Shown: piece after piece, positions 35,991 to 45,628 of the stretch
Position numbering within the stretch: the first letter of the stretch is position 1
Layout of the letters: every line of letters starts with the position of its first letter
Assembly: GCA_965215605.1 (NCBI GenBank)
Contig: OZ244070.1
Span: 1,440,001 to 1,504,000 of the forward strand
Origin: an uncultured Candidatus Binatia bacterium
GTDB lineage: Bacteria; Desulfobacterota; Binatia; UBA9968; JAJDTQ01
DNA: 64,000 nt
Reading direction: 5' to 3'
The notes under the pieces: model-generated
What the model was told of the DNA's origin: nothing
The model's database searches: none
What the model saw: the letters and a program-made list of their open reading frames with translations, nothing else
Translations under genes and position numbers: made by a program

Positions 35991-38228
35991 ATGGACGTTG
36001 ATCCCATCCGCTACGAGATGTTTCTCCATCGCCTGTGGGCGGTGGGCGAGGAAGGGCGCTCCACCCTCCAGCGCGTCACCGCCTCGCCCATCGTGGCCCA
36101 GGGCGGCGAGGTCATGAGCTCGTTCTACGACGCCAAGGGCACCATGGTGCTGGCCTGCTCCGGCCACCTGCGGTTCGCCGCCGCCACTTCGGACGCCATC
36201 AAGTACCTCATCGAATGGTACGGCGAGTCGCCGGGTTTCCACGACGGCGACCAGCTCTTCTTCAACGATCCCTACGTGGCCGGGTCCCACACCTACGACA
36301 TGATGGTGATCAAGCCCATCTTCCTCGACGGGCGCCTCATCGCCTGGATCGCCACCAGCACCCACACCGCCGACACCGGCGGCGTGCTGCGGGGCGCGGC
36401 CCTGGAAATCTTCCACGAGGGCATCCGCATCCTGGGGGTCAAGGTGGTGGAGCGGGGCGAGTTCCGGGAGGACGTGTTCCGCACCCTCACCGAGCAGTGC
36501 CGGGACCCCCAGTACGTGGGGCTGGACATCAAGGCGATGATCGCCGGCAACAACGTGTGCGCTTCCCGCTACCTGAGCCTGGTGGAGAAGTTCGGCCTCG
36601 AGTTCATCGAGGCGGCGGGCGAGAAGACGCTGGCGGACGCCGAGGAGATGGCCCGGACCAAGCTGCGGTCGCTGCCCGACGGGGTGTGGCGCTCGCGGGT
36701 CTACTACTCCGCGCGGGAGGCCGACCAGTCCGACGCCGACATCATCGCCGTCATCTGCGCCGTCACCAAGAAGGGCGATACCCTGGACATCGACCTCGAC
36801 GGCACCAGCCCCCAGACCTCCGGCGACACCAACTCGACCCTTCCGAGCACGGTGGCGCACCTCAACATCGCGCTCACCAACCAGCTCTTCTGGGACATAC
36901 CGTGGAACGACGGCAAGCTGGCGCCGATCCGCATGAGCGTGCCCGAGGGCTCGGTGCTGAACTGCACCTTTCCGGCGGCCTGCGGGCTCGCGCCCATGAT
37001 CGGCGGCATGTTCGTGGCCGCGGTCAGCGAATGCCTGGCCAAGATGCTCTACGCCGCCGGGCGCCTTGAAGACGTCAACGCCGGCTGGTTCGGCGCCTGG
37101 TACTCCGGCGGACCGGGGTTCATGTACGGCGGCCACAACCGGGAAGGGCTGGCCAACGCCCAAGGGCTCTACGACATCCACGGCGGCGGCCTCGGGGCGA
37201 GGCCGGACCGGGACGGCGTAGACACCGGGGGCCACATGAACATCCCCTCCGGAGGCATCTCCGACATAGAGCGCATCGAGATGCAGTACCCGTTCATTTA
37301 CTTGGCGCGAAGGCACGTGAAGGACGGCTCGGGCTTCGGCAGGCATCGCGGCGGATACGGCAGCGAGCGCCTGCTGTTCGTCTACGGCTCCACCGATGTG
37401 ACCGCCAACTACCGCCCCTACGGCGCCGTGCCCAACGGCTTCGGCCTCTTCGGCGGCTATCCCGCGGGCTTCGGCGGCAACCGGGCGCTCTATCGCACCG
37501 ACGACCTGTTGCAACGCCTGCGCGATGGCGCCTACCCCACCGGCGCCGACGAGTTGGAGGGCCTCGACTGGTGCCGGCTGGACCTGCCCGAGGGCTTCCG
37601 GCCGCGGGTTTCCATCCCCGAGCTGTCGTTCATCACCGACGTCACCCAGAGCGGCGGCGGCTTCGGCGACCCGCTGGAGCGGAGCCCCGCGCAGGTAGAG
37701 GGCGACGTCCGGACCGGCCGCACGAGTCCCGACGTGGCCGACCGGATCTTCGGCGTGAGGCTCGACCGCGCCGGCGGCGTGGACGTCGCCGCCACCGCGG
37801 AGCGGCGCAGGGAGCTTCGGACGGCGCGCCTGGCAAGGGGGTCCCGGCCCGATACACCGACAAACGCCGGTAACGGCAGCCCCGACGGGACAGACGCCAC
37901 GGACGCCGACGGCGAGGTCCTGCTGCACCTCCACGAGTACCTCGACCTCGTCCGCACCGGCGGCCGCCTGTTGGTGCGATGCCGCAAGTGCGCCCACGCG
38001 TTCTGCAACGGCGGCGAGAACTACAAGCACGCCGCGGTCGAGATCACCATGGACCTCGAAGAGCTGGCGGGCGGGCGCGTCCCATCGGGTGAACCCTACC
38101 GGGGCGTGCTGCTGGGCTATGTCTGCCCCGGATGCGCCACGCTGCTCCAGGTCGACGTCTTCTGCCCGACCCGGGACGACCAGCGACCCCTCTGGGACAT
38201 CCAGCTCGACTGCTCGGGGCTCGACTGA
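35991..38228 (+). CDS. Hydantoinase B/acetone carboxylase alpha-like subunit fused to an acetone carboxylase gamma-like domain
   Basis: NDPY..GSHTYD, HTADTGG, E..E..YP, GGGFGDPLER. C-terminal HEYL...RCRKC...ENYK...YVCPGCATLLQVD...P.WD. Confidence 0.82.
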   Translation: MDVDPIRYEMFLHRLWAVGEEGRSTLQRVTASPIVAQGGEVMSSFYDAKGTMVLACSGHLRFAAATSDAIKYLIEWYGESPGFHDGDQLFFNDPYVAGSHTYDMMVIKPIFLDGRLIAWIATSTHTADTGGVLRGAALEIFHEGIRILGVKVVERGEFREDVFRTLTEQCRDPQYVGLDIKAMIAGNNVCASRYLSLVEKFGLEFIEAAGEKTLADAEEMARTKLRSLPDGVWRSRVYYSAREADQSDADIIAVICAVTKKGDTLDIDLDGTSPQTSGDTNSTLPSTVAHLNIALTNQLFWDIPWNDGKLAPIRMSVPEGSVLNCTFPAACGLAPMIGGMFVAAVSECLAKMLYAAGRLEDVNAGWFGAWYSGGPGFMYGGHNREGLANAQGLYDIHGGGLGARPDRDGVDTGGHMNIPSGGISDIERIEMQYPFIYLARRHVKDGSGFGRHRGGYGSERLLFVYGSTDVTANYRPYGAVPNGFGLFGGYPAGFGGNRALYRTDDLLQRLRDGAYPTGADELEGLDWCRLDLPEGFRPRVSIPELSFITDVTQSGGGFGDPLERSPAQVEGDVRTGRTSPDVADRIFGVRLDRAGGVDVAATAERRRELRTARLARGSRPDTPTNAGNGSPDGTDATDADGEVLLHLHEYLDLVRTGGRLLVRCRKCAHAFCNGGENYKHAAVEITMDLEELAGGRVPSGEPYRGVLLGYVCPGCATLLQVDVFCPTRDDQRPLWDIQLDCSGLD

Positions 38229-38354
38229 GCTCAAATTGCAAACCACCGTGCTCCTGTGATAACCCCGCGGGTGTGCATGGACAGGGATGTGAGACGCGCG
38301 TATCGCGCACGGCCGAGTGACTGGGGTTTGGCAAGTTTGCCACGGAGGTGAGCC

Positions 38355-39368
38355 ATGTGGAGAAGAACGAGTTTGCCGAGGTCCTTCAGGATATCGGTGG
38401 CGGCCGCGGCCGCGATGCTTCTGTGCCTGGTGGCGGGCTCCAACGCCGGCGCCCAGAAGCTGCCGGCCAAGATCACCTGGATCGTCCCCTTCGGGCTCGG
38501 GGGCGGCACCGGGACGTCGGCGCTGCTGCTGGCGCCGAAGCTGCAGAAGAAGCTTGAAGGCAACGGCGTCAAGGAAGTCAAGGCGGTGAGCCTGCCGGGG
38601 GCCGGCGGCACCGTGGGGACGAAGAAACTGTTCACCTCGCCGGCGGACGGGAGCGTCATCGGCAGCATGCTGCCGGCGGGCGGGCTGGCGCAATCCGCCA
38701 CCCGGGACGTGGGCTTCGACCTTTCCAAGTTCACCTATCTGGCCAAGATCACGACGGCGCCCCGGTTTCTGTTCGTGAAAGGGGACTCCCCCATCAAATC
38801 GCTCGACGCCCTGATCGCGGAAGGCAAGAAGCGCCCGCTGAAGGTCTCGTCGGTGGGTCCCGCCTCGGCCGGCTCCTTCGTGCTGGCCAACATCATCGAC
38901 AAGACGGGCATCCAGGTGAAGGACGTCACCGGGTACAAGAGCGGGCGTTCGCTGGTGGTGGCGGTGGCACGGGGCGACGTGGACACCACCATCAAGACCA
39001 CCGGCGGCGTGATCACCTTCATCAAGTCCGGAGAGGTCCGCGGACTGGTCCAGCTCTCTTCGGAGAAGGACAAGGATCCGTTCTTCCCTGACGTGCCTTC
39101 GGCGGAGAGCCTCGGCCGCAAGGACCTCATGGCGGGCGGCATCCTGTACATACTCGTGGCCGCGCCGCCCAAGGTACCGCAGGCCGTGGCGGACGTGCTG
39201 AGGAACGCCGTGCACCAGGTCATCCTCGAGTCCAAGGCGGAGCTAGAGAGCAAGGCCCAGGTCATCCATTCCCCGGCCACCGGCAAGGAGACGGCCATGC
39301 TCGTCAACAACCTGATCAAGGACTACGCGAACCTGATCGCTCTCTACAAAGCGCAGCAGAAGAAGTAG
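38355..39368 (+). CDS. tctC: Tripartite tricarboxylate transporter substrate-binding protein (TctC/Bug)
   Basis: Signal peptide, IVPF..GGGT, PGAGG, PADG, YKSG, PDVP. Confidence 0.85.
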   Translation: MWRRTSLPRSFRISVAAAAAMLLCLVAGSNAGAQKLPAKITWIVPFGLGGGTGTSALLLAPKLQKKLEGNGVKEVKAVSLPGAGGTVGTKKLFTSPADGSVIGSMLPAGGLAQSATRDVGFDLSKFTYLAKITTAPRFLFVKGDSPIKSLDALIAEGKKRPLKVSSVGPASAGSFVLANIIDKTGIQVKDVTGYKSGRSLVVAVARGDVDTTIKTTGGVITFIKSGEVRGLVQLSSEKDKDPFFPDVPSAESLGRKDLMAGGILYILVAAPPKVPQAVADVLRNAVHQVILESKAELESKAQVIHSPATGKETAMLVNNLIKDYANLIALYKAQQKK

Positions 39369-39469
39369 GCTTACGGCCTGCTACCGCACCGTCCGGCCTG
39401 GAATGATTCGCGGAACGTCCCTTCCGCGGTCACCCGGGCCGGTCCTTTACGCACCGAAAGAGACGACTC

Positions 39470-40984
39470 GTGATTGAGGCCATCGGTGTAGCGCTCGTCA
39501 ACGTTTTCGGGTTTCCCAACGTCCTCGTGGTGCTGTTCGGCACCACGGTGAGCATGCTCTTCGGAGCGCTCCCCGGCCTGGGCGGCATCGTCATCCTGAC
39601 GCTGTCGCTGCCCATCATCATGGCGCTGGAGCCGGCGCTGGCCATGATGGTCTTCGCCGCCTCCATCGGCGGCATCACCTTCGGCGGGTCCGTCTCCGCC
39701 ATCCTTCTCAACGTTCCCGGCACCGTGGCCAACATCGCCACGGTCTTCGACGGCCACCCGCTGGCGCGGCAGGGACGCGCCGGGTACGCGTTGGCCATCT
39801 CCGCGACGGCGTCGGCCCTGGGCTCGGTGTTCGGCTACCTGATCTTTCTGCTGCTGCTGCCGGTGGTGCGCTCCGTCGTGTTCTCCTTCGGCCCCCCGGA
39901 GTTCTTTCTCATGGCCCTGCTGGGCATCAGCCTGATCGCGTCGCTGACCCAGAAGGAGCCGATCAAGGGACTCATCTCCGCGGGGCTGGGATTCCTGGTG
40001 GCCTTCATCGGATACTCTCCCATCACCGGCGACGAGAGGTTCACCTTCGGCTACCTGTACCTCTGGGACGGGGTCCACACCGGAGTCATCGCCATCGGCA
40101 TCTTCGCCGTCTCCGAGATGTTCTTCCTGGCCGTCAAGGGCGAGGAGCTGGTGCAGCAGACCGAGGTGGTCCGCCCCACGGCTCGCGACGTGTTCGACGG
40201 CATCCGCTTCGTATTGGCCAACTCGTTCCTGCTGCTCCGGAGCGCGGTCATCGGCTGCGTGGTGGGCATCATCCCCGGCGTCGGCGCCAACGTGGCGGCC
40301 TTCCTGGCCTACGCCCAGGCCCAGGCCACCTCGCCCAACCGCGCCGATTTCGGCCGCGGCGCGCCGGAAGGCGTGCTTGCCCCGGAGGCGTCCAACGACG
40401 CCAAGGACGGCGGCGCGCTGCTGCCCACGGTGGCCTTCGGCATCCCCGGAAGCGCGCCCCACGCCATCCTGCTGGTGGGGCTGCTGCTGCTCGGGCTGAA
40501 CCCGGGCAAGGAGTTGCTCACCACCCACCAGGCCACGGTGTTCACCCTGGTGCTGGCGCTGATCGCCGCCAACGTGTGGACATCCATCCTGGGCCTGCTC
40601 TTCGCCAACCACCTGGTCAAGATCACGCGGATCCGGATATCGCTGATCATCCCCATCGTCCTCGTCATCAGCTTCGTAGGCGCCTTCGTGCTGCGGAACA
40701 ACCTCCTGGATGCGTTCGCGGTGCTGGTGTTCGGGTTCATCGGCTACGGCATGAAGAAGTACAGCTACTCCTTCATCACCTTCATCCTCGCCTACGTGTT
40801 GGGAGAAATCGCCGAGGTCTCGCTGTTCCAGACGCTGCTGATCTCGGACACGGGGTTCCTGATCTTCGTCACCCGTCCCGTCTCGCTGGTGCTGACCCTG
40901 CTCATCCTGGCGGCCCTGGGCCTGCCGCTGGTGACGCCCATCAAGCGGGCGTGGCAGGGGCGGCGGCTCCCCGAGGCGCCGTAG
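39470..40984 (+). CDS. tctA: Tripartite tricarboxylate transporter large permease TctA
   Basis: GALPGLG, GGSVSAILLNVPG, APEASNDA, FGIPGS. Confidence 0.92.
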   Translation: MIEAIGVALVNVFGFPNVLVVLFGTTVSMLFGALPGLGGIVILTLSLPIIMALEPALAMMVFAASIGGITFGGSVSAILLNVPGTVANIATVFDGHPLARQGRAGYALAISATASALGSVFGYLIFLLLLPVVRSVVFSFGPPEFFLMALLGISLIASLTQKEPIKGLISAGLGFLVAFIGYSPITGDERFTFGYLYLWDGVHTGVIAIGIFAVSEMFFLAVKGEELVQQTEVVRPTARDVFDGIRFVLANSFLLLRSAVIGCVVGIIPGVGANVAAFLAYAQAQATSPNRADFGRGAPEGVLAPEASNDAKDGGALLPTVAFGIPGSAPHAILLVGLLLLGLNPGKELLTTHQATVFTLVLALIAANVWTSILGLLFANHLVKITRIRISLIIPIVLVISFVGAFVLRNNLLDAFAVLVFGFIGYGMKKYSYSFITFILAYVLGEIAEVSLFQTLLISDTGFLIFVTRPVSLVLTLLILAALGLPLVTPIKRAWQGRRLPEAP

Positions 40985-40990
40985 CCGCCC

Positions 40991-43900
40991 ATGACCTTCT
41001 ACGCCGACCTGCACGTCCACTCCCGGTTCTCCCGCGCCACCAGCCGGAACTGCGACCTGGAGCACCTGGCCATCTGGGCCCGAAAGAAGGGCATCGGCGT
41101 CGTCGGCACCGGCGATTTCACCCATCCGGCGTGGCGCGCGGAGCTGAAGGAAAAGCTCGTCCCCGCGGAGCCCGGGCTGTTCCGGCTGCGCCCGGACCTC
41201 GAGCGGGCCGTGGAGGGACAACTCCCGCCGGCCTGCGCCGGCAGCCTTGCGCCGGTGCGGTTCATGCTGTCGGTGGAGATCTCCACCATCTACAAGAAGG
41301 GCGAGAAGACCCGGAAGATACACCACTTGGTCTACTGTCCGGACTTCGACTCTGCGGACCGGCTGGTGGCCGGCCTGTCGAAGATCGGAAACCTGCACTC
41401 CGACGGACGGCCGATCCTGGGGCTGGACTCCCGGCATCTGCTGGAGATGACGCTGGAGTCGAGCCCGGGCTCGTACCTGGTGCCGGCTCACGTGTGGACC
41501 CCGTGGTTCGCCGCGCTGGGCTCCAAGTCCGGTTTCGACGCCGTGGACCACTGCTACGGGGACCTGTCGCCGCACATCTTCGCGGTGGAGACCGGCCTCT
41601 CGTCCGACCCGCCCATGAACTGGCGGGTGTCATCCCTGGACCGCTTCCGGCTCATGTCCAACTCCGACGCCCACTCGCCCGAGAAGCTGGGCCGCGAGGT
41701 GTGCGTGTTCCACACCGACATGGACTACTTCGCCCTCCGCTGGGCGCTGGAGACGGGGGAGGGGTACGGAGGGACGCTGGAGTTCTTTCCCGAAGAGGGC
41801 AAGTACCACCTGGACGGCCACCGCAACTGCAACGTCCGCCTGGAGCCGGACGAGACCCGCAGGCGGGACGGCCGCTGCCCGGCGTGCGGCAAGCCCCTGA
41901 CCGTCGGCGTCATGCACCGGGTCGAGGACCTGGCCGACCGGGCGCAGGACGCGGCGCCGCCGGACACCGCCGGGGACGCTCAGGCGCTGATCCCGCTGCC
42001 GGAGATCCTGGGGGAGATCCTCCGGGTGGGCCCCAAGAGCAAGCGGGTGGCCCAGGACTACGAAGGGCTGCTGGCCCGGCTCGGACCGGAGCTCCAACTT
42101 CTGAACGCGCTGCCGCTGGAGGATATCGAGCCGGCGGCGTCGTCCCTGGTGGCGGAGGCGTTGGCGCGTCTGCGCCGGCGGGAGGTGATCCGGGAAGCCG
42201 GCTACGACGGCGTCTACGGCACCATCCGCCTGTTCCGGGACGGGGAGCTCGAGGGCAGGAGCCGGGGGGCTTCACTATTCGGAGAGGCAACAGCGACCGT
42301 CGCGGCGGGTCAGTCCCCACCGGCCGGACCGCGCCACGGCTTGGCGAGCGCCCCTCGGGAAGAGTCCGGCCCGGAGCCGGCGCCGCGGGATTCCGTGCCT
42401 GCGCCCCACCCGGCGCGGGAAGAGGAACCATCGGAGCAACTTTCGCTGCCGGTAGCGCTCTCGCGCGATCTCCTGGCCGGGCTGGACGATGACCAGCGCC
42501 GGGCCGCGGAGATCGTGGACGGCCCCTTGCTCATCGTGGCCGGACCCGGCTCGGGGAAGACCCGGACCCTCACCCACCGCCTCGCCCATCTGATCGCGAG
42601 CCGCCACGCCGAGGCGGCGGGGTGTCTGGCCGTGACCTTCACCCGCCGGGCGGCGGACGAGATGCGGGATCGTCTGCGGGCGCTGCTGCCGGACGCTTGG
42701 GCGGACATCCCGCTGCACACCTTCCATTCCCTGGGGCTGGGCATCCTCCGGGAGCACTGGAACGCCGCCGGGCTGCAGCGCGGCTTCCGGGTGGCGCCCG
42801 AAGCCGAGCGGCTCCGGTTGCTGCGGGACGCCCTCAAGATCTCCGAGCGGCAGGCCCGTGCCGGGCTGTCGGCCATCTCCCAGGCCAAACGCACCGGCGC
42901 GCCGCCGGCCGATGAAAAGCTCGGCCGGGCATGGGAGGCCTACCGGCGCGAGATGGAGGCCCGCAACCAATGCGACTTCGACGACCTCGTCATCCGGGCC
43001 GCGGACGCCCTGGAAGCGGACCCCGAGATCCGCGACGCGGTGCGGCGGCGGTATCCCCACGTGTGCATCGACGAGTACCAGGACGTGGACGAGCAGCAGG
43101 TCCGGCTGATCCGGCTGCTGGCGCCTCCCGACGGCAACATCTGCGCCATCGGCGATCCCGACCAGTCCATCTACGGCTTCCGGGGCGCGGACCCGCGCTT
43201 CTTCGCCGGGTTTACGGAGGACTTTCAGGGCGCCCGGGTGGTGCGCCTCGGCCGCAACTACCGTTCCGACGCCAACATCGTCACCCTCTCCTCCCAGGTC
43301 ATGGCCGCGGCGCCCTCGGCGGCGCCGTCCATCCCGGTGCTCGACGACGCCTCCAACCGCGTGACGCTGCACGAGGCCCGGAGCGAGAAGGCCGAGGCGG
43401 AATTCATCGTCCAGTCGCTGGAGGAAGCCCTGGGCGGCCACAGCTTCTTCTCCATCGACAGCGGCCGCACCGCCGCCGGGCAGGGACACGACTTCTCGTT
43501 CTCGGACTTCGCCGTGCTCTACCGCACCGAGGCCCAGGCCGGTCCCGCGGTGGAGGCGCTGCAGCGCTCCGGCATGCCCTTCCAGCAGCGCTCCCACGAC
43601 CCCCTGCTGTCCCATCCCGGGGTGGCCGCGCTGGTGGAAGCCCTGGAACGCTCGCCCGGCTCGGGCGCCTTGCGGCAACGCCTGGAAGCCGCCTGCGGCG
43701 AGGACGCGTCCCCGGCGGAGGAAACGGCCGAGGCCCTGGAGCTCCTGAAACCTCTGGCCGCCGCCTGCGGCGACGACCTCCACCGCTTCCTGTCCGAACT
43801 CTCCCTCGGCACCCAGGTGGACGCTTGGGATCCCCGGGCCGACCGCATCTCGCTGCTGACCCTCCACGCCGCCAAGGGCCTCGAGTTCCCGGTGGTCTTC

Positions 43901-44182
43901 ATCGTCGGCTGCGAGGATGGCCTGCTGCCCCTGAGCTGGGGAGGAGCCGGCCCCGAGGACCCGGACGAGGAACGCCGGCTCTTCTACGTCGGCGTCACCC
44001 GCGCAAGAACGAAGCTCTACCTTTGCCGAGCCCGCAAGCGCCGCTGGCGCGGAAAGGTCCGCGACATGGCGCCCTCCCCCTACCTCGCCGACATCGAAGA
44101 GCGGCTGCTGGAGCAGAGCCGGTCGAGGCGCCCCGGGCGGCGGGACCAGAAGCCGGACAGCCAGTTGGACTTGTTTTCGTAG
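40991..44182 (+). CDS. Endonuclease Q-like PHP domain fused to UvrD/Rep superfamily 1 helicase
   Basis: ADLHVHSRFSRATS, GTGD, NSDAHS, KLGRE, GKYH...C...CPACG. Then AGPGSGKT, DEYQD, GDPDQSIYGFRGA, NYRS, HAAKGLEF, EERRLFYVGVTRA. Confidence 0.9.
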   Translation: MTFYADLHVHSRFSRATSRNCDLEHLAIWARKKGIGVVGTGDFTHPAWRAELKEKLVPAEPGLFRLRPDLERAVEGQLPPACAGSLAPVRFMLSVEISTIYKKGEKTRKIHHLVYCPDFDSADRLVAGLSKIGNLHSDGRPILGLDSRHLLEMTLESSPGSYLVPAHVWTPWFAALGSKSGFDAVDHCYGDLSPHIFAVETGLSSDPPMNWRVSSLDRFRLMSNSDAHSPEKLGREVCVFHTDMDYFALRWALETGEGYGGTLEFFPEEGKYHLDGHRNCNVRLEPDETRRRDGRCPACGKPLTVGVMHRVEDLADRAQDAAPPDTAGDAQALIPLPEILGEILRVGPKSKRVAQDYEGLLARLGPELQLLNALPLEDIEPAASSLVAEALARLRRREVIREAGYDGVYGTIRLFRDGELEGRSRGASLFGEATATVAAGQSPPAGPRHGLASAPREESGPEPAPRDSVPAPHPAREEEPSEQLSLPVALSRDLLAGLDDDQRRAAEIVDGPLLIVAGPGSGKTRTLTHRLAHLIASRHAEAAGCLAVTFTRRAADEMRDRLRALLPDAWADIPLHTFHSLGLGILREHWNAAGLQRGFRVAPEAERLRLLRDALKISERQARAGLSAISQAKRTGAPPADEKLGRAWEAYRREMEARNQCDFDDLVIRAADALEADPEIRDAVRRRYPHVCIDEYQDVDEQQVRLIRLLAPPDGNICAIGDPDQSIYGFRGADPRFFAGFTEDFQGARVVRLGRNYRSDANIVTLSSQVMAAAPSAAPSIPVLDDASNRVTLHEARSEKAEAEFIVQSLEEALGGHSFFSIDSGRTAAGQGHDFSFSDFAVLYRTEAQAGPAVEALQRSGMPFQQRSHDPLLSHPGVAALVEALERSPGSGALRQRLEAACGEDASPAEETAEALELLKPLAAACGDDLHRFLSELSLGTQVDAWDPRADRISLLTLHAAKGLEFPVVFIVGCEDGLLPLSWGGAGPEDPDEERRLFYVGVTRARTKLYLCRARKRRWRGKVRDMAPSPYLADIEERLLEQSRSRRPGRRDQKPDSQLDLFS

Positions 44183-44216
44183 GCACCCAACCACAGGTTC
44201 GCGAGGGGGACTCCGC

Positions 44217-44246
44217 TTGACACTACGTTCCGCCTTGCGTTACGCT
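44217..44246 (+). promoter_or_regulatory. Sigma70 promoter of higBA locus
   Basis: TTGACA-N18-TACGCT, 5 nt before the higB-remnant ATG. Confidence 0.55.
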
Positions 44247-44251
44247 TGAAG

Positions 44252-44310
44252 ATGATCAAGAGCTTCGCCGACAAGCGGACCGCGGCTGTGTTCGCACCGA
44301 TTACCACTGA
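44252..44310 (+). pseudogene. higB: Collapsed HigB toxin remnant
   Basis: MIKSFADKRTAAVF (HigB N-terminus) joined directly, out of frame, to TDYH* (HigB C-terminal DYH). Confidence 0.8.
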
Positions 44311-44324
44311 GGGGGGCAGCGAGC

Positions 44325-44717
44325 ATGACCATCAAGCGCGAAGACGTCGATCGGCAAATGGTCGATTTCTCGGATGTGGCTACCGGGCGGCGGTTGCCGC
44401 CAGTCCATCCGGGCGAAGTTCTGCGGGAAGAGTACCTGAAGCCGCTGGCGCTCAGCGTATACCGGCTCGCCCAGGAGCTAAAAATTCCCCGACCTCGGCT
44501 GAACGATATCGTTCTCGGACGGCGCGCCGTCACCATCGATACCGCCCTGCGTCTCGGACGCTATTTCGGCACCACTCCGGAGTTCTGGATCAATCTTCAG
44601 ACCCGGCACGATCTGGATACCGCGGAGGCCACGTTGCGCCTTGAAGTCGAACGGGAGATAACACCGCGTGCCGCGGGCACGGACGCCGTGCCCATCAGCC
44701 ACGCAGGGCCAGTATGA
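44325..44717 (+). CDS. higA: HigA family antitoxin (HTH)
   Basis: PPVHPGEVLREEYL.PL, TALRLGRYFGTTPEFWINLQ. Confidence 0.93.
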   Translation: MTIKREDVDRQMVDFSDVATGRRLPPVHPGEVLREEYLKPLALSVYRLAQELKIPRPRLNDIVLGRRAVTIDTALRLGRYFGTTPEFWINLQTRHDLDTAEATLRLEVEREITPRAAGTDAVPISHAGPV

Positions 44718-44824
44718 ACTCCACGTTCATTTCCAGTTCATTTCTGATCCGCTGCCTGTAGCCTGCCGTTTTTCGTTTCCGCTTCAACTCCAGTCGTTTC
44801 GCGTCCGGTGGATCATGATCCCCC

Positions 44825-45445
44825 TCAGGTGAGCGGGATCATGATGTGCTCCCGGTAGGGGGGGCGTTCGCACAAGCGCGCGTACCAGGCCTCCACGTTG
44901 GGCATGGAGGGGCGGTCGATGGCCATGTTGAACCAGCGGTAGGCCCAGATGCCGGCGGGGATGTCGCCGATGCTGAAGGAGTCGCCGGCGAGGTAGCTCT
45001 GGCCTTCGAGGTAGCGCTCGACGATCTGCCACTTGGGCACGGCCGCGGCCACTGCCTTCTCGATGGCGGCGGGGTCGCGCTCGGCCTCGGGGGTGCGGAC
45101 GATGCCGAAGAAGATCGGCACCAGGAACGCGTTCATGGTGGTCAACTGCCAGTCCATCCAGCGGTTGGCGTTGCCCCGCCCCTCGGGAGTGCCGGGCAGG
45201 AGCCGGCCGCCATTGTACTTGTTGACCAAGTAGCGGACGATGCTGTTGGACTCCCACAGGACGAAGCCGCCGTCCTCGATGGTGGGGACCACGCCGTTGG
45301 GGTTCAGGCTCAGGTAGGGCTCCTCCCTGTTGCCGCCGAACTCTCCCGCCAGATCGATCCGCTCGAACGGGATCTCCAGCTCTCCGCAGCACCACAAAAC
45401 CTTCTGCACGTTGGACGAGGTCTTTCTTCCCCAGATTTTCAGCAA
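44825..45445 (-). CDS. Glutathione S-transferase (GstB-like)
   Basis: WGRKTSSNVQKV, NPNG.VPT, LWESNSIVRYL, RWMDWQ. TTG start with GGAGG RBS. Confidence 0.9.
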   Translation of the reverse strand: MLKIWGRKTSSNVQKVLWCCGELEIPFERIDLAGEFGGNREEPYLSLNPNGVVPTIEDGGFVLWESNSIVRYLVNKYNGGRLLPGTPEGRGNANRWMDWQLTTMNAFLVPIFFGIVRTPEAERDPAAIEKAVAAAVPKWQIVERYLEGQSYLAGDSFSIGDIPAGIWAYRWFNMAIDRPSMPNVEAWYARLCERPPYREHIMIPLT

Positions 45446-45558
45446 CTCACACACCTCCATGAGAAAATTTGGATCCAACGGGGCGGCGTAGAGCAGACAA
45501 CCCGCCGGACTCGGACCGAAATCTACTACGAAACAGGCAAAAGGGTCCAGACACCCCC

Positions 45559-45586
45559 TTGACTGTGGCGAAATCGTGCTTAGATT
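45559..45586 (+). promoter_or_regulatory. Sigma70-like promoter of groESL
   Basis: TTGACT-N16-TAGATT. Confidence 0.4.
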
Positions 45587-45628
45587 CGCGCTCAAATCCT
45601 ATCATTTCACTCTTAAAGGGAGGTTCTT

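Noticed and set aside
35946-39215. Long antisense ORFs (also 45602-48067, 59238-62321, 39371-41575)
   Set aside because: Shadow frames of well-supported genes, with no recognisable motifs
44246-44644. 132-aa ORF starting like HigB
   Set aside because: HigB similarity ends after about 15 residues; the rest is out-of-frame read-through over higA
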